From Azolla caroliniana (Eukaryota; Plantae; Polypodiophyta): a stretch of DNA of 64,000 nucleotides. Location: positions 4,898,001-4,962,000 of the forward strand of contig JBHGNT010000017.1 in NCBI GenBank assembly GCA_043228905.1, written 5' to 3'. Positions 12,054-24,164 of the stretch are shown here, piece by piece. The notes beneath the pieces were generated by a model. It made no database searches and had not been told where the DNA came from. It saw only the letters and a list, made by a program, of their open reading frames with translations. The position numbers and the translations under genes are program-made. Each line of letters starts with the position of its first letter. Positions within the stretch are counted from its first letter, which is position 1.

Positions 12054-15000
12054 TCAATATATCATGAGACCCATTTGGCTGAGCTCATTATTAGTTGGTT
12101 TCCCTAACATTGTACTGCCATCACGCTCTGACTTCTCTGGTGTAACTTCCCCTTTTAGGACCACTTCCAAATGAGGTAATCCTGTGTCAATCTCAGTAAA
12201 CTCTTCAGGCTTCTCAGTATGTGTATGAGGTAATCTTGTGTCAATCTCAGTAAACTCTTCAGGTTTTTCAGTATGTGTATGAGGTAATCCTGTGTCAATC
12301 TCAGTAAACTCTTCAGGTTTTTCAGCATGTGTATCACTTAGAATAGCTTCAGGCAGTATTACACCACCGTGAATATGGTGGCCTGACCTTTTCATGTCAT
12401 CACACCTACTATCATATGATGAACCCCTCATTTCTTCCTGGGGGGGTAACATACCATGATCAGCAGCTAGTTCCACATTCCCAGCACTCAGTTTTGCCTC
12501 CCAAGTCTGGCTGTCGGCATGTCGGCCTTCTGTACAAGATGACTCTGTTTCTTCTGGTCCTGAAGCTAAAATTAATGTGTGTTTTGCTGAATCTCCTCCA
12601 CTTGAGTCTTGTGGCTTCTGTTCGTTTAGTTGTGGTAATGACCCACTATCAATTATATCAGTTCTCAAGGCAGATGGGGAGGAACCATGACCTTCTTGTA
12701 CTTTAATTAGTTTTTGTATAAGTGGAGCATCATTATTAATATCATCATTAACTTTAGACTCAGTAATGGCAGGCATCATACACAACGGTCCATCATCTGA
12801 TTTACGAGTCTGTCCATTTTCATCATCCTGTTTGGATGCTTCATTAACCTTTGATATCGTCTCTTCAGAGAATCCATTTGATGTGTTGCTTAATTGCTTC
12901 TCTAGCCCATTATGTGTAAAACTCTCGTTTCCATCAGGTAACATGGAGATTAATTTTGTCTTTTTAGGTGGCCTTGCTTCCTCTAAAGTACCTTGTGAAA
13001 TAGAACCTTCACAAGTATATTGTACTGTACGTGACCCAATGCTCGAAATAGTACATTCGGTAGTGATTTTCTCTAATTTAACGACACCTGCATCATGAAG
13101 CTCATTGGCAGTGAAGCTTCCACATGTAGATGCAGTCAAGCTTGATGCCTTACCATACATCGCAGTTTCAGGAAATCTTTCTTTATTTTGCTTTATAGTT
13201 AATGCTCGATCAAGACATGGCCCATCATCATCAAAAGTCCATTCTGGTGTATAATCATCTGTTCCTATGGGCAAACAACTGATTTCAGCCTCGATCTGAC
13301 ACCCGTTTTTCCTCACTTTTCTTCGGACCAACTCCCCAGGAAAGGAGCTGTTACAGCAAATATTCTTCACATCATATTTACTTATATCAAAGTTAGTGAC
13401 GGTGTTTGGGCCCCTAAACTTAATTGCAGCAATATCATAGGCTTCTGCAGCTTCTTCTTGAGTACCTTTTTTTATCAAGAACATTTATGATTCACATCAA
13501 TTAACTATGCAAAGAAGGGTTACACACCATCATTTAAAAAAAAATACGTATTTAGCAGCGAAAAACTTACTATAAGTACCCAAATACAGATCCTTGCTTC
13601 CTGCAACTCGTCCTATACGAGCTTGCCATCTGCCTTGCTGATGATGCCTAAGTGAATAAATGGATATATTTTGACTTACATTTATACTTGCATATATGAA
13701 TTAATCGTAATATCAACCCCCTTATTATGCATCCAAAATTTTCATAACATAATCTTATGTATTTATATATGCACTCATTGCCACAAATCAGAGCCTCCAG
13801 CATGCAAATTACAGTCATACCTTGTTACCCCTCGATATATTGAGGCTCCACGAGAAAATCCAGTGCTTTTCCTGTAGACCATGGCTACATGTTAGAAAAG
13901 CTCCATTTTTCATAGGCTAGAATCTGGAAAGAATAGCAAATTTCGCATCCAGTACCTCCTCAAGGATGCGACGAATTCTAGTCTGGTCATTTTTTTCATC
14001 TCCTCCAATTCATTTTCATATGTACTGAGCTGCAAACACATTAATTTGATAAAAATATTTCCACATCTAAGATCACCATAAAATAAAATCTGGGTTATTG
14101 TAACTTTAAATTGATAGCCATTGATAAAATTTCCATTTTCAAGATAAACTAAATCTAAGCCATAATGATTACCGAAGGCATGGGACATTTAGCAAATAAT
14201 AGATGATAGAAGACAATATAGTAGGAAAAGGGAAAGGTCTGTGGAGAATCACCGGAAAGTTTATATGGCTTGAAGGACCCCAAAACTTGAGAGCTGCTAG
14301 ATCATATGCCCTTGCTGCTTTGTCTTCTTTATCGTAACCACCTGAAACAACTACTAAATCAGTTAAACTGTCAGCTATTGCAACAAATGATAGAGTACAA
14401 GAACGTACCATACCTAAATAGACTGGCAAACAATGCCATTTTCCACCAGATGACATGTCAATTCCAAAGACAAGAATGAAGTTAAGAAATCCATATCCGA
14501 AATTCAGTAGGTTACAATTAAGTGATGATAATCAAATCAACCCAACCTTGTCTTCCCTTCCTTGTTTGACCTTCAATTTTACAGCTATTATCCCATAGGT
14601 GAGCTTCATATCTCCCCGTCCATCGGTGCCTGTCATAAGGAAAACATGCGTTTGAGTCTTAGATAAAACCTGCATTCCATTCGTATTGAAAACTTTGTAC
14701 TTGTAGTGAGAGCCCAAAGACAGAAAGTATATACCTTGTTACACCTCTATATTGGGAGGTCCGCTGGCCAAATGAATTGGATATGGCTTTACAAGATGTC
14801 TGCTTTTCACTGTGGGATTTTGGGGAGGCTTTTTTCTTGGAGGCCAGATGGGCAATGGTAGCATCGTCTAGAGGGGAATTTTCAACAGAAGCTACTACTG
14901 CATGACCGCAAGGTTTCAATGGCGCTGAGCTTCTTGACAGCCTAACAGGCATCGGCGGATCCAGAGGAGAACTAGTGTTCGATTCGTGAGGATTGGTAGC

Positions 15001-17786
15001 TAACGCAAATCCTTTAGATTCCATAACCCATGATTGTATAGCAACATCAGTACCAATATTTGCCATTGGCTTCACATGAGATGATTGCGATATATGATTA
15101 CCAGTATTAATGTACTGGCTCATTGGGGAAATATTGCCCGATGCCTGAGTGAAGTGCAATGAGCATTCAGTGCTACTGTTAACTATGCCACTTGATGATT
15201 CCATTGCGCAGTCTCTTGAAAGGCCAATCTTTTCAATTCTGGCTCCACTGCTCATCATAGAGTGTTCATTAGCCACACTTATATCGTCATTACCATCAGT
15301 TAATGCATTGGAGTGACCTGTCTGTAACGAGTATTCCTCAATGATTCTGGGCATCGGAGGGCTCTTGAATAAATGAGAAGAAGCATCAGTATCCTTCCAA
15401 TTCTCAGTATCTGCCCTAGACATCAGCGTATTCATCCACTGTAATGAGTGGTCTCTCAGAGGAAATGAGTTCAGATCACATGTTTGGCCAGCGAGATTAC
15501 CATGCCTATCACTTGCCATACTATCTGATGGACTGAAACGTAGTGCCGTATCCCCCAAGACATTGTTCTCTTCTCCATCCCTACCATTAATAAATCCATG
15601 GCTAGACTGCAGATGGCTGGTAGCATTTTGTGGCAAATTGAATGGATAACTCATGAGCATGGCCTCTTGAAAACCATTATGAATAACATTCGAGGGGAAT
15701 CTTAATGGCCTATGCATATTTCCATGGAAGGCCTTCCGGTCTTGATCATGAATGTCTGCGCGTAACCCACCTTCCTGATGATCAAACTGATGTGATGGAA
15801 TGGTGGTAATATAGGTTGGGGTTGCATGAAAGGATGGGGGAATTACATAAGGTTGTATGCTAGTAGTATTTGTACTTGAAGTCTCATGTAAAGAAACGGT
15901 TCTCTCTTGCTGGAAGGTACGAATTAATTCTTCAGTGGTGCTATATCGCTCCTCCCCAAAGCTTGTAGTTGCAGGGATCTCAAGGAAATTCTCCAGAATA
16001 GGGCCATTGCTTAACCTATGGCCGGGCGACGGTCTCATTTCAATGGCTATGGCATCCTCACTATGGGAGTAATATTTGGCCACCGTGTCGCTGCTAATAT
16101 AATTGTAGGCTTGAGGAGCAGAAGATGTAGTACTAGCTGTGCTTCCAAACGGATCAAGTGCCTTGAATTGCCAATCTACATTATTAGTTTAAATCCACGA
16201 TGGTATCAGCGCAATTCAACAATTTCAAGACATGGAAACAAAAATCAGTACCATGAATTAGATTTGTTTTTTGTTTTCTCTTTGAAGAGGAGCATGAATC
16301 CATCTACAACGCAAATCAATTACCTATTAATTTAAACTTTTCTTGAATATTTTATCACAAGACATTTTTGGAACTCTAATTCACAGTCCAAAAATAGCAA
16401 TATAAAATCTTCCTAATCGATATAATACAGGCAACAAAGGGAGAAATTAAACAAGTCACACGAGCTTCTTGGGAGATTGTGATTAGGCTAATATTCATTT
16501 GATTCAGCTGTCTTTTCCGTTGAATCTTAAGAAGAAAGAAAATATCATTAGATATTAGTACAATGTAATATCTGGAAACGCTAGTTAGGGAAGCTTATCA
16601 TCATTCTTTCGACCATTATCCTGTAGAAATCAACGCATCGCACCATTAACTAGACTATCGAAGCTTGACTTCTTCTCAGCATGTGACTAATTTAAATTGT
16701 ATATATATATATATATATATATAAGTAGTTAAATACAATGAAAAACTTCCGTTAAATGGACGCTTATGTTTTCTTGACCCTAGTAAGCAAGAAAGGTACC
16801 CCCAAAGACAAACATTCTAGCTCATCGCTCCTAGAATCATAGGAATGAAGAAGGTTGTCTTTGTTCTGCAGCAATGGACATAAACCCTAAGTTATGGAAT
16901 TTGTCTTTCCCTGAACCGTAGGAAGAAGAAAGAAAGTAAAACATATTCTGCAAATTATCTGAGTTATCAAAGTTTATTTCTCCATATTGCTTAGCAAGAA
17001 AGAGAGCTAGTAGATATATTCCACAATCCCAATTATCCACACCTTAGTTATGGAAACGTAATTAGTCCTTATAATTGGCATATGATCGACAATAAGTCTT
17101 CCTTTACTGACTATTATTTGCAAGCATACTAGGTTAAAACTAGCAGATGTACTCTTATGCAACGCTTCTGCAAACCCTAGTAGTCACAGAGACATAAAGA
17201 GAACGTTTTGACCAAAAAGCTTCTAGCACTGAGCATGAAAATTAAAGAATTGATCCTGCGAATGCACCTGGTAAACCGTAATTATTTTTCTGGAGGGTCT
17301 ACCTTTCATGCGGGCACTAGATTCTGATATGTCGTTCAGGCAATCACGACCAGCCATATTGTTACGATGATGATGATTATGATGATTAATTGGATGATAT
17401 TGATGATTATGATGATGATGAGCACTGTTTCTTCGTTCGATTTCATAATCAGGATTCATCGATGCTATCTCTAACATCTGTGCAGTGAAAGATCCATGTT
17501 GCATCAACACATTGCTCCTCTTTTCTTCGTGATTCTTAATATGAATATATCCGTGGTCTCCATAGCCTGACATTGTATCTTCTTCATCACCACTTTCCTC
17601 TACCTTGTCCGCTTCTTCTTCTTCTTCTTCTTCTTCGTCTTCGTCTTCTTCTTCTTCTTTGTCTTTCACAATCTCTGCAGAGCTCAGCACATTAAATTCT
17701 CCCCCATTAGCATACTGATACTGATTTTGTGACAGTGATGGAAACCTTGACCAGTTATGCTCGTGACTGTTAGTTATGGAGTCCAT
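12054..17786 (-). CDS. euANT/AINTEGUMENTA-like (AIL/PLT/BBM clade) double-AP2-domain transcription factor, ~1239 aa
   Basis: Exons: 17303-17786, 14735-16175, 14547-14629, 14414-14422 (9-nt microexon), 14253-14341, 13956-14029, 13821-13871, 13571-13647, 12054-13465 (3720 nt, in frame). Motifs: [111 protein letters not shown]. The N-terminal NWSRFPSLS and PILENFL resemble euANT motifs. The exon 1 donor was chosen on phase compatibility and is less certain. Confidence 0.92.
12171..12334 (-). repeat. Coding tandem repeat, 54 bp x3 ([18 protein letters not shown]), in the AP2 C-terminal tail
   Basis: TCAATCTCAGTAAACTC occurs at 12187, 12241 and 12295 (period 54). Confidence 0.95.
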
Positions 17787-18084
17787 ATAAATTGGTCATG
17801 AATCAATTTGTAGTTCCAATTTTCATGCGAACGATCATCGCCAATTACCACAGCTCCGAATATACATATACCGATTGAGGCTATACATGTACATTTGAAA
17901 GAGAGGCGGGATCGGTGCTAATTATGGCTCCATTTTGTGATGGATTTCTAATGAACAAATTTGGCGATGAAGAATTACACAGCTGAGCTGAAGCGTATGT
18001 ATGCACGTATGTACGAATGTATGTAAAGATGGATTAGTATCCACTGAATTATACTCAGAAAGGGAATTACAATGGAAACTTGGG

Positions 18085-18420
18085 GCTAATAATTTGGATG
18101 ATGAATGTGTATCAAATTAGCTAAGGATGGTTTGGATGAATGCGTTAAATTAGCAACGGATTATTTGGGGTAATGTGCTGATTAGCAGTAGGCGGTTGTA
18201 GATTTAAGTATGTTAAATTAGCAAAGGGTGGTTTCGGATTAAGCTGTCAAAATAGCGATGGGTATATAATCATGAATGATGGCTAGGATTAGTGTGTTAA
18301 ACTTAGAAATTGGATTAGTGTGTCTGGATGAGCGGGAGTTAGTGAAATGAGGAGTGGGTGGTTTTGGATCAGTGCGTTAAAATGGGTGGTTTTGGACTGG
18401 TTTACTAAATCAGCGATTGG
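18085..18420. repeat. Degenerate ~33-35 bp minisatellite upstream of the AP2 start codon
   Basis: About 8-9 diverged units of approximate consensus GGGTGGTTTGGATTAGTGYGTTAAATTAGCAA, starting at about 18125, 18158, 18191, 18226, 18355 and 18383. Confidence 0.65.
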
Positions 18421-18929
18421 ACGAAATGTGTATAATTATTTCAATTAGAAAGAAAAGGGGGGGGGGGGGGGGGGGGGGTTCAGATTAATCATAGCACATG
18501 AGCGCAGCTGTGATTAAGAAGCGCGTTGGGGATGATGAATGAGTAGTTAGAGAGGAGGAATGGAACGTGTTTATCAGCTAATCAAAGTAATTAGCAAAGG
18601 TGATTAGCAGCAAAAGAGGACGACAGTCCAGCGCGCGGACGTGTGTGAGTGTGTGTGTGTATACATACATATTTATATTATCTATATTATATATGTAAGT
18701 AAGTAAGGCTACATGTATGTATGTATATATGTATGCATACAGGTGGTATACGTATACGTATTTTATACATGTATTTGTGTACGTACATACATACATATAT
18801 GTACATATGTATATATGTCGTGCACGCTTGGGCTGAAAGTATAGTAATTATAGAGAGAGGTGGGGGATGGAGGAGCGCCGCCTCCGCCTCCGCACGTGCC
18901 AACACCACACACACACACACACACACACA

Positions 18930-19020
18930 GCAGTCTAGGGTTTAGATCACACGTGCGTGACAGGCAGGCAGAAGAGACAGAGACAGAGATTCTACACAAA
19001 TTACAAATATATACCCCCCC
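18930..19020 (-). promoter_or_regulatory. Candidate core promoter of the AP2 gene (TATA-like box, CT-rich leader, telo-box)
   Basis: The minus strand reads TATATATTT (~19005-19013), then CTCTGT repeats, CACGTG and AAACCCTAG. Assignment to the AP2 gene is inference. Confidence 0.35.
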
Positions 19021-20246
19021 CTATCTCTCTCTCTACCTTCTAGACACATCCTTTCCTTTTCCTTATCAGAAGCTGCTGCTGCATTCCTGATCTCTCTGTC
19101 TCTGTCTCTCTGTCTCCGTCTCTGTCTGTCTATCTTATGGATACTCGTGAAAGTTTCTGGTCTCAGAGCTCTGTGTATAGATACATAGTATATACGTATA
19201 TGTATGTATGTATATACAGTATATATTCATTCAGTCCATTATATTGTCTATCTATGGCTCTACTGCATGTCTATCTATCTATCTATCTATAACTGTACAT
19301 ACATATATACATATATATATATAATATATACCTGTCTTTCTGCCTGGCCTGTCAATGTGTTGTTGTATGTAGGGTAGTGTTTTTGATTGATTTCTCAGGC
19401 CTCCCTCTCAACTCATCAGAATGAGAGTAGCAGTAGTACTCCTCCTTCACACACCCATGGAAAAAAAAAACTCTTCTCAGCTTCTCTTGCTACTATTACT
19501 ACCACTACTACCATTAGAATGTAGAATGTACGCTAAACCCTAAGCCCTAAAACCCTTCTTTTTAGCTGGTACATTGGAGAATGTACGCTAACATTATAAA
19601 CAGACCATCAGAGCGAGTAGAGAGAGTCGAGACAAGACACCATGACCACACAAATTCATTCATATTCGCTCACTGCATGACCAGACCAGAGCGAGAGAGA
19701 CAGAGAGAGAGAGAAGAAACAAAGAAGTAAAAGGAATGAGAGTCCTCTGTTTTGAAAATCTTGAGGAACTTAATGATGACCCATCTATCCATCCATCATG
19801 CGCATGCATCATGCATCATGCATGCAGTCCCAATATACATACACATACACATACACATGCACATGCACATGCACATACACACACATACACATACACACAT
19901 ACATACACATATACACATATACACCACACACATACATATACACACATACATAGGAGTAAATCCTTGGAGTAGACCTCGTTCACACCAGGAGCCGCTCGTG
20001 TTTCTCATGCTCAGATCGATGTCTCGTGTCATAGTTTGTGATTGGCGGCCATCCCAGTATTATGTCCATTTATGGAGCCAATGGGAGTGCCCAATCTGTC
20101 TGTCCTAGTGGACTTACCACAATCACACAAATCGCTACATCTAGTTTCTTCATTTTATGAAGAGGGACATGTCATCTAATGATATTTATACGTAATGGTG
20201 ACATCGTGCCACCCTTAGACTCGGTGACATCTAATCTCGGTTACTT

Positions 20247-20392
20247 TGATGACAATGCGAGGATTGGCGAATTCCCACGAGACATATTACATGCTAAGCA
20301 CAACCTCAACCTCTCCCTCTGATGACAATGCGAGGATTGGCGAATTCCCACGAGACATATTACATGCTAAGCACAACCTCAACCTCTCCCTC
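20247..20392. repeat. Perfect 73-bp tandem duplication
   Basis: GATGACAATGCGAGG...CTCTCCCTC at 20248 and 20321. Confidence 0.95.
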
Positions 20393-20663
20393 GCTATATT
20401 ACATTGGCTATTGGTTTATAACTCCTTGTGCATTTGTGGAATCGATTACCTTCATGAATTATTGTGCGATTCGATCTTTACAAATATATGATAGATGTAG
20501 CCCTAAATTTTGTGCTTTGCAACATCAAGGTTGTGCCCACATTCGGGTGTCTTGGGTCATAGCCTCAAAACACATTTTTCAGTTTCGAAATTGCAATTTG
20601 CTATTCCTTATTATTGGGAAGTTGGGATTTAATCTAAAGGTGAGGATAATGTAGAGTTGTCTC

Positions 20664-20773
20664 GTTAATTCCCCATTCATATACCATGATAACATATCAT
20701 GATTTCAAAGGCAAGATGTTAATTCCCCATTCATATACCATGATAACATATCATGATTTCAAAGGCAAGATGT
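20664..20773. repeat. Perfect 54-bp tandem duplication
   Basis: GTTAATTCCCCATTC...GGCAAGAT at 20664 and 20718. Confidence 0.95.
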
Positions 20774-23049
20774 GAGGTATTTGTTAATTTGTTGTGCATC
20801 ATCACCGTAGGTCTTTTGAGTAAAGGCAAAGCCCAATGCATGTACATTGGGCATCCTATGTAACAATACGCCCAAAGCATCACCAAATCCAGCAAATCAA
20901 ATTAAATTACCTTTCAAATTTCATAATGGAACTCGAGAAGGTGTTTTAACATGTGTTGTGTTATGGATTTGTTGTTGATTGCACCAAGCATGATATGATG
21001 TGATGGATCCTTTGTATTGCCTCTTGAATAACTACATAACTGACAATGTTTTTGTCATTTGGAATTACATTGAAACTACCGTGATTGGCATATTCACATA
21101 TTATTATGATTCTTGCTTTTGAATTACATCAAAATCACCTTGATTGCCATGGCCCATAATCACAACTTTCTTCATGTTAGTTCATAAAAATTACCATGGG
21201 TGTGCTGTAAACAACACATTCTTGTATTAGTGATTTTTTAGTACATATAAGAGCCTATGTACTAGATTGTGCCTAATTGTTGTTTATTTCTATTGTTTGT
21301 GATTAAAAAAACTTTTTTCGCTTTTGTCCTCAAACAAAGGTTTGGATGTTTGACTCCCTTTCAATTTGTTTATTGAACTACTTGATCCCCCACCCCATGA
21401 AACATTGCAATTTGCGAGCACAATGAATGCATCACATTGTGAGTCACACCTAATGTCATATCATCATTTTTATGTCACACCACAAATGCACTCTCTATCC
21501 TCATTATTATTGATTTTCTAGTACTTGTGACATGAAACAATGCGTATCATTCCTTCTGTTGATAGTAACATAACTTCTATTCCATATTACAGGTAATTGC
21601 TACTAATTATAATGTGAAAGCATTGTGTTTATAGATGAGATAAAGGAGTGTTAGCAAGAGCCTCCTCGTGTTGTAGCTTATAGGCTAAACATGATTGATT
21701 ACGTTGTAGAATTTCTACAGACTCTTGGATATCCACACATGTAAACATGATAAAGTCTGTAAATAAATCATATGCATGGTGCAGCGATAAGGCCTTATCG
21801 ACATTAAGGTGTAGCTTGGGTTTGATCGAGGGTGCAAAAAAGAGAGTGCATGGGTCTTGGTAAAGCTTTATAACATCAAGTTTGTCACTTCCATTGATTG
21901 AGAGTGCTAAAGGATTAGGTAATAGGTTTTGAAGTGTTAAAGAATGGTAAAGAGTCTCAATCACTGATAGTCAACATTCTCCACATTATCAACATTTGAT
22001 ATACTTCCAACAATGGAAGTAATGATCCACAATATCACTCATTTCATTTCACTATGCTTTTCGAATCACCATGAATCTTGATGACTACTCAATTCATGGA
22101 AACCACAACTAACGATTATAGTGGAAAAAGTTTGGGCTTGGAGATGATATTCTATAATGGTACAACTTTGATGTAAGGGGTTGGTGACATTACATATTTT
22201 CCACATGTGAAGAGCTAAGACAGTCACTAGATTCCATTTTACATAAAAAGATACAATAGCATTAATTAGAAAACATAGTAGCATTAATACAACTTACCAA
22301 TTCCCAATGAAAAACCCACCCGACTCAATGTTAACACTCACAAATTTTCCGCAATAGCATAAGTGATGTGAAATAGAAGGAATGGAGCATAGAGTTCTTG
22401 CTACAAAATAAGTGAAGACAACAACATTGTCCTTGAATGGAACTATTTCCATAGTTCTTATTTCTAAGTAATCACATGATAAGGCTCAATGAGAATTGAA
22501 ATGGGCCAATACATACCATTTTTCTCTGAGATATAGTTCAACAAAATAAGAAGACGATATAAAGAAGAAAAAATGACTCTTTCAAACCAACGCGTACAAT
22601 TTTCAATAGTTTTGAGTAATTGTTATCACCATTCTAAGGGTATAAAATAAGATCGAGATCGAGGTGTGAAATTGTTGCTATGGTTATAACAAGTGCCAAT
22701 ATACAGAATGCAACCCTATGACAAGGGGGATGCAAAAGGATTTTGTTGAGGACCAAAACATGGTGTTTTAAACACGTTACAACTAAGATGGATATCATGA
22801 AATTGTGGAAATATATCGATGACAACATGGAAGGAGATCAAAGCGTAAGAAAGGAAATGAGATCAAAATAAGCTTTCTCGCCTTAGAAGTAGCCTATATT
22901 ATAAAACATGACCTTGGGTTGGGTGTATATACATACCGCAAAAGAGCATCGGAAGATCAGAATTTAAGGGGAAAAGAAAAATACCAAAATGCCCCCCCCC
23001 CCCCCCCCTCCCCGACAAGATAGCATCAAGTCGTGCTATAAAAGAGGGT

Positions 23050-24100
23050 AATTCCAAAATCCAAGAATCTTGTAAAGGATGATAGAAAGGGTTCTTGTTG
23101 TATATCATCTTGAGCGCGTGGAGCGTCATGGCGGTGGTGTAGTTGTTGGCGCCAAAATGATGTCCAAGGAATTATATAATTGAAGATGGAACATTGATTG
23201 GGATCAATTCTAATCCATGGTTAATACGCAAGTTGGCTATGGCATACAATATATGTGCCTTTGTATCATTGTGGCATTGTTCTTTTCTTTATCTCATAGG
23301 TCAAGCTAATAATATTTTGAATATCCTCCTCTTTAAGCCACAAGCCTTGAATTTCACTCGATGTATATGTTATGACATAAGGTTTGTTCTATGTTACAAT
23401 ATCATTGAGCTAGTAGTATATTTTCATGCTTAGCTTAAAAAACAATGGTTAGGGTTGTTTGATCCACCAAAATCTAAGATAGACAAAATTTTAGTGGGTT
23501 GCTCTTATGTCAAGTTTCAACCAACAAGTGTGAAAGCCACGATGCTTCCCTTGCATGTTGCATTGGTCACACCATTCTCTAGTTCCATTCCCAATATTTC
23601 CATGCACATGTGGAATCTCGACCTCCATGACAAAAGTCCTAATCCAAGCCTAAAAAAACATCCCAATGTTGCCTTCGTGTTGGCAACACAATTAGTGTAG
23701 TTAAAGTCAAAGTGCCTAACTACCACCATTTCACTCACTCCAAGGCTCGACAATTGGTTGCTTATATTGCTTACCATTTCAAAACATTTTGTTTCATGAT
23801 TCAACATGAACTTGATCACTACACCCATCGTGTATGTTATGTCCAACCCGAAGCAAAACAAGGGATGATTATACAATTTAGCTGTGAATAATATTAAGAA
23901 TAAACAAGCTATACATCTAGGATTGTGACCATTTGATACAAGAGACATCGCTTGGTTTATATATACATTTGTGTAAGCATGCATAAAAGTTAGGATCAAT
24001 CTAGTAATGTCGAGGAGTGAGTGGTGTGTCCATAGTAAATAGTTTGAACAATACAAATGCATCTCCCATGCATTTTAGTTGACTGGTGTTAACGCACATG
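23050..24100 (-). mobile_element. Ty1/copia RT-RNase H remnant
   Basis: ORF 23517-24062 reads DITYTMGVVIKFMLN...YTNCVANTKATLGCFFRLGLGLLSWRSR...MELE...ATCK. This resembles copia PDIAYAVGVVSRFM...DYAG..D.RKSTSGY.F.LG.G.ISW.SK...EAE. A KNPFYH motif follows downstream. Confidence 0.75.
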
Positions 24101-24164
24101 TGCTCGACGGAGTGTACATTCACACGCAAGATATGTGATTAATCTTGTTATTTCAAAAGACTCA

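Larger units (their letters stand above)
19590..22250 (+). repeat. Block A of a three-copy diverged repeat (AP2 upstream region)
   Basis: Collinear similarity to the reverse complement of 24165-26940 and of 27570-29110. Shared anchors include AATGATGACCCATC, TTACCTTCATGAATT, TGATAGATGTAGCCCTAAA, GATCCTTTGTATTGCCTCTTGA and TTTGGGCTTGGAGA. Confidence 0.85.

Noticed and set aside
17223-17302. AP2 exon 1 ending at the CAG|GTGCAT donor (17268) or at the ORF stop (17223)
   Set aside because: That donor is phase 0, but the acceptor at 16175 needs phase 1. AAAG|GTAGAC at 17303 fits. It remains possible as a non-productive alternative.
18578-20108. Several 70-120 aa ORFs
   Set aside because: They are (CA)n/(TA)n/(CATACA)n artefacts.
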